Assembly: GCF_009914755.1 (NCBI RefSeq)
Contig: NC_060931.1
DNA: 64,000 nt
Origin: the human T2T-CHM13v2.0 reference genome, Homo sapiens
Strand: one strand, 5' to 3'
In this document: positions 52,720-64,000 of the stretch, in pieces
How the letters are laid out: the number at the start of each line of letters is the position of its first letter
Position numbering within the stretch: the first letter of the stretch is position 1
The notes under the pieces: generated by a model
Told to the model about the DNA's origin: nothing
Seen by the model: the letters and a program-made list of their open reading frames with translations, nothing else
The model's database searches: none
Position numbers and translations under genes: made by a program

Positions 52720-53630
52720 CTGCAGATTTCATCTTCAGAAGAGTGAACAGAAACGGCATGTTTTTAATTTCGGTTTCCACATGTGCACTGCTATTGTGTA
52801 ATATTTACAGAACTACACAGACACACGGACATATTTCTCATAAAGTGAGCTCAGCAAGGTTGCAGGATACAAGAGCCACACACAGAAATCCCTGGTGAAC
52901 TCGCTCGACTCGTTTTTATCTTGTGATTTTCGACATAATCACGCCACCTGTGAAGAGGAAAAGGGTCGGTCCTGCCTTTCCAGTCCGTGTGCCTTCGACC
53001 TCCTCACCCTGCTGCCCATCTGGGGCTCTGGGACATGGACCAAGGCGGTGAGAGGGAAGGCCTCTGCCTGAGTCGGCGTTTCCCAGTCCCTCACCAGCCA
53101 GGTCTGCGGTGAGCTGCACGGTTTCTGCAGATGCTCTTTGGCAAACTTGGGGGTTCTCGGCTTCTCCTGGTTTGCCGAGTTTCCCCATGAACGTGTGTTG
53201 GGCCTCGCTGACTGCATTTGTGCATCCGTTGGTTTGGCCATGTAATTTTTCCTTTTGGCGAGCTGACGCGATGGATTGTACCAGCTGACGCTCGACACCA
53301 ACCCAGCCTTGCACTCTCAGAAAACAGAAAATAGCCCCGCAGTGTTCTTCAGTTTTGCCACTGGTTTTGAAGTTGGGGTAAATGCTTGCTTCACAGAGTG
53401 AGTTGGGAAGTGCTCCCTCTTCTGTTTTCTTGGAGAGTTTTGGCAAATTGGTGCTAAGTTTTCTTTAAGTGTTTGGTAGAATTCACCAGAAAACCATCTG
53501 GGCCTGGAGATATCCTTTTTTGGAAGCTTTTTGATTGTGGATTCAGTTATTTAATGGTTCTAGGATTAATGAGACGATCTATTTCATACTGGGTGAGTTC
53601 TGCAGTCTGTGGTTGAAGCTTGCTGGAGTT
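52720..53630 (-). mobile_element. Old L1M ORF2 fragment on the minus strand, with a local micro-inversion
   Basis: gagttgggaagtgctccctcttctgttttcttggagagttt; gtttggtagaattcaccagaaaaccatctgggcctgga; minus-strand translation EGALPNSLCEASI. Confidence 0.8.
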
Positions 53631-53770
53631 TCTGTCACTGGTTGGGTGTTTGCCCTGGTGCTACCCAGTCTGGACTTGGGGACCCCTAAAACCTGGGAGT
53701 GAGCACAAGACGCACACAGCTTGTCAAGAGAAGCCTGAGAGGCAGTGTGGGAAATTCTGTCTGTCTCCAT

Positions 53771-53899
53771 CCTCTTCTACCCTGACACCCAGGCAATCCT
53801 GCGCTCTTCCGCCCCGGCACCCTGGCACCCCCGCGCTCTTCCGCCCCGGCACCCGGGCAACCCCGCGCTCTTCCGCCCCGGCACCCGGGCAATCCTGCG
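53771..53899. repeat. 32-bp GC-rich minisatellite, about 4 copies (GCGCTCTTCCGCCCCGGCACCCGGGCAACCCC)
   Basis: gcgctc anchors at 53801, 53833, 53865, plus a degenerate upstream copy. Confidence 0.92.
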
Positions 53900-54199
53900 G
53901 AGGTACAGCCACAGCTGGACAGACGCCTAGAGCCCAAGAGTGGGCCCCTCCCTCCAGACAGGGTGCGTGGGGCATGTCCTGCCCTGTTCCAACGCTGTGG
54001 CTGGCGTTGGCCGTGAAGGCGGCTGTGGCCGTGGGACTGACTGCACAGCACAGTGGGCAAGCCTTGCCTGGCTCTGTGGCCAGAAGGCAGTGAAGGGAAC
54101 CCTGGGTCACCTGGGAAGTGCTGGGTGCTCAGAGTGGCTCTGGAAGGTGCCCTCTAAGCTGGGCATGGGGCTCTGACCCTAATCAGCACCCCACAGGTG

Positions 54200-57100
54200 T
54201 GAGAGTTGGACTCTGAGCTAGACCACACCAGGACCCAGCCAGGACTGTGGAGGACACAAGGTTCAATGGCCTGGGAAACTCGGCAAAGAGCCTGAAATGG
54301 AAGTGCCATCAGGAAATGCTGAAACCAACAGAAATTTACATTCTCCAGAGAACTTAAGAAAGACCTAGAATCTCGGGATATTCAAAACATCCAGAATGCA
54401 ATCTAAAATTAAGCAGCATGAAAAGAACCGGGAAAACAGAAACCTGCCAGGGAAAACACGACCAACAGGCGCCAAGATGACGGAGATGCTGGAATTATCG
54501 AGTGAGATTTTAAAGACGCTCCAAGAAGCAAGTGATTGGAAAACACAGACTTAACTTTTCACAGTATCTTAGAGATGATGCCGTGCCACTAAGCTTGGTG
54601 TAGAAAGCACATCACCACAGGAGTCCTTCTCGCGGCAGGGTGGCAGGCATTACACCCACACACGCTGGAACCCAGCAGACAATGTGGGCACATGAATTCC
54701 TTCCCGTCCTTTAACTTAAAACACCACCACACTTGGAGTGTCTGAAAGCCTCTCTCATCTGCACGGAGGGGAAAGGGGAGATTTCTTTGAGTGACTGCAG
54801 GTTGCTCATCAGAAACCACAGAAGCCAGAAGATGGGGAAACAGTGTCGATTTTTAAAGTGCTAGGAGACAAGAACCACTCTCCCAGAACCCCACATCCAG
54901 CAATGGTATCCTTCAGTAACGAGGTGGGGTGAGGACACTGCTGGGCAAGCAAACGCTGAGAGAACCTACTCTAAAGAAGCCCCGAAGGAAGTCCTGCCAA
55001 ACCAGAAATGATCCCAGGGGAACCCAGGAACGCCAGGAAAGAAGGAAGAGGCAAAACCACAAACTACTTTTTGCCTCTTATGTTTTTTAAAATAGGCATG
55101 ACAGTTAAGAGCAAGAATTGTAATATTTCTTGGTGGGGTTTTCCACATATAGAGAGTAAGTACATAGGACTACTACAACATAAAGGGAGGCAGGGAGAAG
55201 CCTACGTCGTGGTGAAATCCTGACGTTTCCACCTGAAATGATAAAATATGAATTATAAGTGCACCGTGAAATGTTAAGCTTGCACATTGTAAACCACAGA
55301 AAAATCACTTTAAAAGTATACAAATAGATATAATAAAGACATAGATACATCAAAATGGAGTATAAAAAAGGCCAAATAACCTGAAATAGGTAGGAAAGAG
55401 AAAACGGGAATAAAAAATGGAGGACAAACAGAAAACTAATCATAAAATGTACCTAAATCCAAATGCATAAAAAATTACATTAACTATAAATGGCCAAAAC
55501 ACATCTATTAATCGGCAGAACACACATACCTATCAGGTGCACATGGGACATTTTGAGGTTATCAAATTATCAGCTACCAAATAAACTTTAAATTGCAAAG
55601 AAAGTGAATCGTAGAAAGTGCGTTCCCTCAACATAATGAAATTGAACAGAAATTACCCAGAAAATCAGGGAGAGACACTTTGAAATTAAAAAGCATCCTT
55701 CTAAATCTGTATGGATCACAGCAGGCATCCTAGTCTATTGGCGGCGCTATCACAGAATACCTGAGATTAATTTATAACGACCCGAAGTTTATAGGCTCAC
55801 AGTTCTGGAGGCTGGCAAGTCCGAGATCAAGGCACCAGCTTCTGGCAAGGGCTTTCCTGAGGCGCCATCACATGGTGGACGGCAGGAGGGCAGATACAGA
55901 GAGCCAACTAACAGAAGCCCCTTTTACAACAGCACGAATCCACTCACCAAGGTGGAGCCCACGTGACCTCAACGCCTCCCAGGAAGCCCCACCTCCCAAC
56001 ACCATCACTCTGGGATGAAGTTTCCAACACGTGGACTTTGGAGGCCACGTTCAAACTATGGTACATCTTAATGGAAATTTGAAAATGTTTTGAACTGAAC
56101 ACACATAAAAATACAACATTATCAAAATGTGTGAAATGCTGCTAATGCAGCACTCAGATGCAAATTTCTAACACGGAACGCTTACGTTGGAAAGCAGAAA
56201 AGATCTCAAATATGCAATCTAATCTTCCACCTGAAGAGGCCAGAAAAAAAGGAGAGCAAACTAAAACTAAAGCAGGCAGAAGGAAGGAAACACAAAACTA
56301 CAACAGCAAAATATCAATGAAACCAAAAACTAGGTCTCTAAGGAGATCAGTGAAATTTATACATCTCCAGAAAGGCTAACAGACAAAAAAAGAAAAAAGA
56401 AAAAAAAAGACATAAACGACCAGTATCAGGAAGGAAGGAGTACCGCTACGAACCCAGCAGGCACGATAAAATCAGCGAGGCAAGAGCACAGACAATTCAC
56501 TGCTCATACATTTGATCACAGATATAATGAACCAGTTCCTCACAATAAAAAAAACCCCAAAACCTACATTCTACCAACATTCAGCTGAGATGAAAGAACT
56601 CACTATTCCTGTAATGATTAGAACCTGCCACAACCACAATCCCTAGGCCCAGATGGTTTCACCAGCAAATTCTACAAAACATTTAAAGAAGTAACACCAA
56701 TTCTATATAATCTCCTCTAGGACATAAAAGGGGGAATACTTCCAATTCACTTCATTCATTACGTGTATACTACAACCAGACAAGGGCAGTACAAGAAAGC
56801 TACAGACCAATATGAACACAGACGTGAAGATTACTGACGATGTCAGCAAGATGAACTCAGCAACATGTAAAAATACTATGCCATAACCAAGGGGGGTTTA
56901 TTCCAGGAATGCAGAGTTGGCTCAACGTTGGAAACTTCCCAAAAAAATCACAATGACACACTGTCAATCACACTAACGGTGTAAGGGAAAAAAAACATAC
57001 GATCCCATCAATTGATGCAGGAAAAGCATCTGACAGACGCCAACATCCTACATGATAAACACTCTCAGCAAACTAAGAATGGAAAGAGCGTTTTCAGCTT

Positions 57101-58330
57101 GATAAGGAAAAACCACAAATAAACTGCAGCTAGCAGCACGCCTCATGGAGGAGGATGGACTGCTCTCCCTGCAAGGTGAGGAGAAAGGCCAGGATCTCTG
57201 TTGCCCCATCTCCTACTCACCACCATACTAAGGTCCTAGACAGGGCAACACAGCAAGAAAACAAAATAGAAGACATATGGATCTTAACAAAATAAGCAAA
57301 ACTGTCCCTATTCACAGGTGCTATGACTGCAAAGGATTAGAAAACAAAATCAAAACAGCAACTAACCCAGATGTAAGAAGTGAGTTCAGCAAGGTCATGG
57401 GTTACAAAGCCAGCATAAACATCCGTCATACATCTACACACACGCACTGAACACCTGGGACCCATAAAAACAAGCCTACAAATAATTACATAGCTCCAAC
57501 ACTAACAATAAAACCAACAAAACCATGTGTATTTCTAACAAAAAAGGGGTGGGTGGGTACGGTGAAAACCACAAAATGTGGATGAAAGAAAATAAGAAGA
57601 ACGTAAATAAATGGAGAGCTACATTGTGTTCATGTATCGGAAGACTCACTGCAACCAAGATGTAGATGCTCCCCAGACTGACTGACAGATGCAGTAATTC
57701 CTCTAAAAATCTGAGCAGGCGTTTTGCAGGTAAAGACAAGCTGAATGTAAATCTTGTCCATAAAGTGGGGGATTGTGCTGCTGATTTCGAGACTTACTAC
57801 GAAGCTACAGTAATCAATACCGTGGGGTGTTATTAACAGCAAAGGAACAGACGCTTAGATCAAGGGAACAGAAGAGAAGGTGTAGAAAGAGACCCCCATA
57901 ACGCATGGCCAACTGGTTTTGGACAAAGGTGCAAACATAATTCAATGGTGGCAGGACAGTCAGTTCAATAATAATGGCACAATTGGACATCCATATAAAA
58001 ACAAAAAAGAAAAGTAGCTTGAACTCAAGCTCACACCATGGGCAAAAACTAACTCAAAATGGGTCACAGATTTAAATGTGAACTTAAAACCTTTTAGTAG
58101 AAAACAAGAAAAAATATGTTTGGCCTGGAGTTATGCAGAGAGTTTCTGGATCTGACCCCTATAAAAGAAAACCTGATCATCAGCATGCACCCAGATGAAA
58201 AGCATTTGCTCCGAGGAACACAGGGTCAGAAAATGAAGAGGCTCGTCACGGGCTGGGAGAAGATATTTATCAGCTATATACTCAACTTGGATTCACCCCA
58301 AACTCAATACTAACAATTCAATTAAAAAAT
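54200..58330 (+). mobile_element. Large decayed L1M element (ORF1 and ORF2 remnants) with an MST LTR insertion
   Basis: agatgctggaattatcgagtgagattttaaa; ccagaaccccacatccagcaatggtatccttc; ggcccagatggtttcaccagcaaattctac; caattgatgcaggaaaagcatctgaca; gacaaaggtgcaaacataattcaatgg. Confidence 0.88.
55725..56064 (-). mobile_element. MaLR solo LTR (MSTC/MSTD-like)
   Basis: ggctcacagttctggaggctggcaagtccgagatcaaggcaccagc; ccccacctcccaacaccatcac..gggatgaagtttccaacac..ttcaaactatggta. Confidence 0.87.
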
Positions 58331-58446
58331 AGGCAGCACCAAGCAGCACGTGGGGGGCAGCTACTTCTCCAGACAGTGGAGAGCCACCAGCTCGTGCCCG
58401 AGGCCTTGGCTGACGTCACATCACTTCTGTCTCCAGCACTACAGTC

Positions 58447-58881
58447 GGAGCCCACGACGGAACACCTGCCACACCTGCTGCTGCTCCCCACGACCCGCCG
58501 GTCCCTAGAGGAGCCCATGACGGAACTCCCGCCACGCCTGAGACTGTTCCCCACCACCCGCCGGTCCCTAAAGGAGCCCACGACGGAACTCCTGCCACGC
58601 CAGACACTGCTCCCCACCACCCGCCAGTCCCTAGAGGAGCCCACGACAGAACTGCCACACCTGACACTGCTCCCGACGACCCGCCGGTCCCTAGAGGAGC
58701 CCACGACGGAACTCCTGCCACGCCAGACACTGCTCCCCACCACCCACCAGTCCCTAGAGGAGCCCACGACAGAATTGCCACACTTGACACTGCTCCCCAC
58801 GACCCACCGGTCCCTAGAGGAGCCCACGACGGAACTCCTGCCACACCTGAGACTGTTCCCCATGACCTGCAGGTCCCTAGA
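58447..58881. repeat. 63/60-bp minisatellite x7 (units of 63, 63, 63, 60, 63, 60, 63 bp)
   Basis: ggagccca anchors at 58447, 58510, 58573, 58636, 58696, 58759, 58819. Confidence 0.95.
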
Positions 58882-59499
58882 TGGCAGGACCCAGGCAGAC
58901 GATCTCAGCTTGGCACAGGACTGGGCCAAACAGGCATGGTCCTGCACTTCAGACGCCAGCCCTTCTTCTCCACCTCCCACTAACTGCCGAACAGGGCTGG
59001 AGCCCCTGCACCCCCATCCCATTTGAACCGCTCAGCTGTCGGCATTGCACGGTGTTTGTACTGAGCAAACAGAGGCGTGGGCAGGTGGCGGCCCTGCCCA
59101 GGTGGCACGGGGTGGGGGCATGACGTAAACACAGGCCTGTGCCACGTGAGAGCTGGGCACTGATTTCTGGCCGTGGGAGGGCACAGCTGGCTTGGCACTG
59201 CCAGGCCAATGGGTAGCTCTCCACAGTGCTTGTCCTGGTGGTCCACGGAGCAGCCATTAGGGCACCTCACTGAGGCCACCTGTGGGGCCAGCGCCAGCCA
59301 AGCAGGAAAAGTGTGAGTCCTGAGACTGCAGAGGACACGCGCCGATACAGACAGAAGCAGTGCACAGGACGCAACAGAAAGGCAGTCACTGCTCCCGTCC
59401 TCAGCCCAGGCAGGGACACCAAACCAGGCCTCCCCTCGAGGGCACCCTCCTCCCTGAGGCCGAGCAGGTGGATTCCAGGCAGAGCAACTCTGTGGCCAA

Positions 59500-59625
59500 C
59501 CATCTTCCCCTCCCTCCTCCCCTCCCGGGCCTCCCCTCTTTTCTTCCACCTCCTCCCTTCTCCTCCCTGGTATCTCTTCTCCCTCTTCCTCGCTCCTCCA
59601 TCCTCCCCCTGCCTCCCTCCTCCCC
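59500..59625. repeat. CT-rich low-complexity polypyrimidine tract
   Basis: About 125 bp that is mostly C/T on the plus strand. Confidence 0.8.
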
Positions 59626-60061
59626 AAAGACACCTCTAGGATCAGCTGTGCCCACACAGGCAGTGACAAATTTGATCACCCTCAATGTGCTGCTAAGATT
59701 ATTTTAATATTAATGCATTCCCTAATTAAGCTGCAATTAACAATCTCCCTGGCCCAGCCTGGACGTGGCAGGGGGGCTGAGTGAGGAGTCAGAGCCAGCA
59801 CGGGAGGCCGGGCTTTGGGGCTCCTATCCGCCAAGGGCCCGTGCCGATGGCAAGGGTTGTTTAGTGACTGCCTTGTCAAAGACACCAGGAAAATCACAAG
59901 GGTGTTCCTGCCTGAACTTCCGAGCAGGGACTCAGATCCCCGAGAGCAGGGGCCTCTTTATGTGTTTCTGTGTCTTCTCTGACCGGAGGTCTGGGGCCCA
60001 CACCAGAGACAGCCCTTGGGGAAGCCGTGGCAAACACGAAAGGGAGCTCTTGACTCTGCAG

Positions 60062-61400
60062 CCCCGCTGCCACGTCCCCTCGCCCATCCCCCACTGCCAC
60101 GTCCCCTCGCCCCGTCCCCACTGCCACGTCCCCTCGCCCCGTCCCCACTGCCACGTCCCCTCGCCCCGTCCCCACTGCCACGTCCCCTCGCCCATCCCCC
60201 ACTGCCACGTCCCCTCGCCCATCCCCCACTGCCACGTCCCCTCGCCCCGTCCCCACTGCCACGTCCCCTCGCCCCATCCCCCACTGCCACGTCCCCTCGC
60301 CCCGTCCCCACTGCCACGTCCCCTCGCCCCGTCCCCACTGCCACGTCCCCTCGCCCCGTCCCCACTGCCACGTCCCCTCGCCCCATCCCCCACTGCCACG
60401 TCCCCTCGCCCCGTCCCCACTGCCACGTCCCCTCGCCCCGTCCCCACTGCCACGTCCCCTCGCCCCATCCCCCACTGCCACGTCCCCTCGCCCCGTCCCC
60501 ACTGCCACGTCCCCTCGCCCCGTCCCCACTGCCACGTCCCCTCGCCCCGTCCCCACTGCCACGTCCCCTCGCCCCGTCCCCACTGCCACGTCCCCTCGCC
60601 CCGTCCCCACTGCCACGTCCCCTCGCCCCGTCCCCACTGCCACGTCCCCTCGCCCCGTCCCCACTGCCACGTCCCCTCGCCCCGTCCCCACTGCCACGTC
60701 CCCTCGCCCCGTCCCCACTGCCACGTCCCCTCGCCCCGTCCCCACTGCCACGTCCCCTCGCCCCGTCCCCACTGCCACGTCCCCTCGCCCCGTCCCCACT
60801 GCCACGTCCCCTCGCCCCGTCCCCACTGCCACGTCCCCTCGCCCCGTCCCCACTGCCACGTCCCCTCGCCCCGTCCCCACTGCCACGTCCCCTCGCCCCG
60901 TCCCCACTGCCACGTCCCCTCGCCCCGTCCCCACTGCCACGTCCCCTCGCCCCGTCCCCACTGCCACGTCCCCTCGCCCCGTCCCCACTGCCACGTCCCC
61001 TCGCCCCGTCCCCACTGCCACGTCCCCTCATCCCGTCCCCACTGCCACGTCCCCTCGCCCCGTCCCCACTGCCACAACCCCTCATCCCGTCCCCTACTGC
61101 CACATCCCACCACCACGTCCACACTGCCACGTCCCCTCGCCCCATCCCCCACTGCCACGTCCCCTCATCCCGTCCCCACTGCCACAACCCCTCATCCCGT
61201 CCCCTACTGCCACATCCCACCACCACGTCCACACTGCCATGTCCCCTCGCCCCATCCCCCTGCCACGTCCGCTTACCCCATACCCACCGCCACGTCCCCT
61301 CACCCCATCCCACCACCGTGTCCGCTCACCCCACCTCACCGCTGCGTCCCCTCGCCCACCCCACCGCCACGTGTCCCCTTGCTTCGTCCCACCGTCACAT
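60062..61400. repeat. 27-bp C-rich/CpG-rich VNTR (CCACTGCCACGTCCCCTCGCCCCGTCC), about 35 near-perfect copies to about 61020, then a degenerate tail
   Basis: About 20 identical units from 60480 to 61020; cccatccc and 28-bp variants at the left end; open in all six frames. Confidence 0.98.
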
Positions 61401-61753
61401 CCCCTTCACCTTGTTCCTTGGGGGCCCTGATTCCCCAGAGCAGGAAGAGACATCTGCTGACCCCCGAGATGCTGGGTGATCAGGGTGTGAGGGGACTCCC
61501 CTGGGACTTGCTTCCTGGTGGGACACTGGGCGCTGTCTCAGGCCACGCGGCTCCCCCTTAAGCCAGTGACAGGCCTGCCATCTGCAGACCTGCTGGCCTG
61601 AAGCCCTCACAACTTACCCTGGTCTCTCTCGTGACCCAGGAGACCCACCCCTAACCCATGCTCAGGGCCAGCCAGGCCGGGGAGGAGCATCCGTCTCTGT
61701 CTCAGGCTCACACCTGCCATCTCACCCTTTGCAGGGACTGTGCAGGCAGCCTA

Positions 61754-62085
61754 CCCACGGTCACAGGAGCGAGGGCGCGTCGTGGGGTCCACGTCAAGGG
61801 TCTGCTGACACCACGGGAACACCCCCAACTCCTCACCCCACCCACGGTCACAGGAGCGAGGGCGCATCATGGGGTCCATGTCAAGGGTCTGCTGATGCTG
61901 TGGGAACACCCCCAACTCCTCACCCCACGCACGGTCACAGGAGCGAGGGCGCGTCGTGGGGTCCACGTCAAGGGTCTGCTGACACCACGGGAACACCCCC
62001 AACTCCTCACCCCACGCACGGTCACAGGAGCGAGGGCGCGTCGTGGGGTCCACGTCAAGGGTCTGCTGACACTGCGGGCACACCC
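61754..62085. repeat. 87-bp minisatellite, about 3.8 copies
   Basis: acggtcacagg anchors at 61757, 61844, 61931, 62018. Confidence 0.95.
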
Positions 62086-62917
62086 TTGCTCCTCATCTGG
62101 AGAATGGGGAGGGGACAGCCCTCTCTGGCAGCAAGCGGCGTGACCTGGACTTTTCTCTTTTTAACTTTAGATTTACATGCACATGAGTTAAGAGCCCAGG
62201 AATTCTGTGGGGTGTGTCAGGGAACAGCGGTCTCCACACTTCTCATTTCCTTCCTTTCTCTCCAGAGTCCACCATGTTCACCTCTCAGCCGATCATGTCG
62301 GTATTAACTGCATTTCTCTGGAATACACATTCTGTGGCTCCTTCTGGACTTGAGCGCTCGGACGTCCTGCTGACTTCCCGAGAGACAGCGAGGCTTCAGC
62401 TCTCCCTCCCTCCCACCCTGCAACACGCGTCTCCCTCCTCCTGGTCCCCTTTCTTAATATGAGGCTCAGGGCTGTGTTCAGATCAGGCCTCAGCTCCCTT
62501 ACGACTGTGTGAGGCTGCTCAGGGCCAGCTCAGAATGCAGGACACTGCTGCTTCTGCTGCTTCTCATGCAACTCTGCTGTCCCCAGAGCCAATGGTCGTC
62601 CTGCTTCCCACGCACTCAGCCTTCTAGGTGCTCATGGCTCTTGGCAGCCATCCCTCTTTGCCAGCTGTCTACACAGGTGCTTCCCAGTCTTTTTGTGCGG
62701 GGCAGCAAACCTAAAACCTGAGAAATGTGTGTGGCACGCAGGGAAGGAGGAGGCTGCCAAAGAGTGACCCAGGGACCTGGGGACCAACGTCCATGGCAGC
62801 CCACGCCTGGCACACACGTGTGGAAAGCTCCGGTCCGCATCATGACACCCAACGCACCAGGTTCTGTCCTAGAATCTCTGGTGGGTTCCAGCCCCCGCTG
62901 GAGGCTGCCCAGGCTGG

Positions 62918-63080
62918 GGGCTTCCTTCTCTGCTCTATATCCCAGAAACTCTGGCCCGTTCTGGCCCCTGCCAGCTGCTCCCCAGGCCTAAGGCTTCCTT
63001 CTCTGCTCTATATCCCAGAACCTCTGGCCTGTTCTGGCCCCTGCCGGCTGCTCCCCAGGCCTGAGGCCTCCTTCTCTGCT
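62918..63080. repeat. 73-bp tandem duplication, about 2.2 copies
   Basis: cttccttctctgctctatatcccagaa.ctctggcc.gttctggcccctgcc.gctgctccccaggcct repeated. Confidence 0.9.
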
Positions 63081-63124
63081 TCCGCGGCAGAAGCCCCTGT
63101 GGTCTGCTCTGCGTGCCACAGCCA

Positions 63125-63950
63125 CACTCTTTCCTGGTTTACTCCCTCATCCTTTGGGAGTGCATCCTCTGCCAGCTTCCTGAGAGACGGTGCGGGGCCG
63201 TCAAGTTTTTAAGGCCTTGAACCCTGCAGATGCCCGTACTTCTTCCTTCAGACCTGATGTGGGGCTGGGGGGCTATGAGATCCCGAGATGCAGGTCACTC
63301 TGCTAGAAACTCGGAGGTGCTGCTGCTAGGAAACGCTAGATGACTGATCCCGGATCCTTTGACAAGTGACCTCTGTGTTTCTTCTCTGAAGTTCTCAGGG
63401 TCTTCCTTTCGTCCTGTGTCCTGAATCTTCATGCTGCCGCACACTGTGCGGGTCTATCCCCAACCACAGACAGCCCAGTCTGAGCCTCTCCCGGGAGGCA
63501 GGGAGCTGCGTCCTTCCTTCAGGGAGACGTCCTTGAGGCACTTCTGTTATCATCTGCTTTTTCCCTGTTCCCTCCTTCCATGTTCCTGTTGTTCAGACAG
63601 TGGGCTGTACCTCTAATGTTCTTACTTCTCTTCTCCTGTTTTCCATCTCGTTGTCTTTACTTTCAGACTTTCTCAACGTTACTTTACAAATCTTCTTAGA
63701 TTTCCATTCACTGTTCCCTACTTTTGCCTTCCCCCTGCTCACTGCTTTCTCTTGGTGTGTGTTAAGCTGCCCTGTTGTTTGGTTGCTGAAGCCCCGTCTT
63801 CTCTCTGAGGAGATCCAGGAGACAGTTTTTGGAGATTTTCTTTGCTGGGACAGTGGGTTCCCTCCCCGCTGACGCTGTGTTTCTCTGCGTTTCGCTGTGC
63901 TCTGTTTTCCCTGCTCGTTTCCTGTCCTTTCCCTTGGGCTGTCTGACAAT
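63125..63950 (-). mobile_element. Ancient L1/HAL1-like ORF1 remnant
   Basis: T-rich plus strand; minus-strand translation has a coiled-coil-like segment (KSESKDNEMENRRREVRTLEVQP) resembling L1/HAL1 ORF1. Confidence 0.55.
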
Positions 63951-64000
63951 CCCTGGGTATCAGCTCCTCACTAGGGGAGGGCACTAGGGGCCCAGGGATA

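Noticed and set aside
59765-61561. Extensin-like, RGD- or GW-repeat proteins (375-598 aa)
   Set aside because: All six frames are open because the 27-bp unit has no stop codon; no splice or promoter support

Overview
GC-rich mammalian (almost certainly human, chr7p22.3) genomic DNA lying entirely inside MAD1L1, which is transcribed on the minus strand. The only protein-coding sequence I can support is one 191-bp exon (29391-29581, minus). It encodes [64 protein letters not shown], i.e. the MAD1 C-terminal coiled coil with the RLK motif and the start of the RWD head; from recall this is the penultimate exon (18 of 19). Everything else is intron: old L1M fragments, MaLR LTRs (MLT1/MST), DNA-transposon fossils (MER58, MER85, Tigger3/4), about 9 Alus, MIR/L2 pieces, many minisatellites (25/26, 45, 69, 52, 32, 63/60, 27 and 87 bp units plus a 1.75-kb TG/CATG array), and AT-rich homeobox-motif islands that look like enhancers. 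The hundreds of other ORFs in the track are explained by high GC content and tandem repeats. I see no prokaryote-style system (CRISPR, operon, defence island) and nothing that proves a new biological system. The best leads are a 2.1-kb 69-bp VNTR with about 30 PBX/HOX-type motifs and long open frames on both strands, a G4/CpG-rich 27-bp VNTR, a UGCAUG/CA-rich array, an intact MER85 with its CSB-PGBD3 palindrome, two template-switch scars, and patchy AT-to-GC erosion of old transposons. Repeat subfamily names come from recalled consensus sequences and need RepeatMasker/Dfam confirmation.
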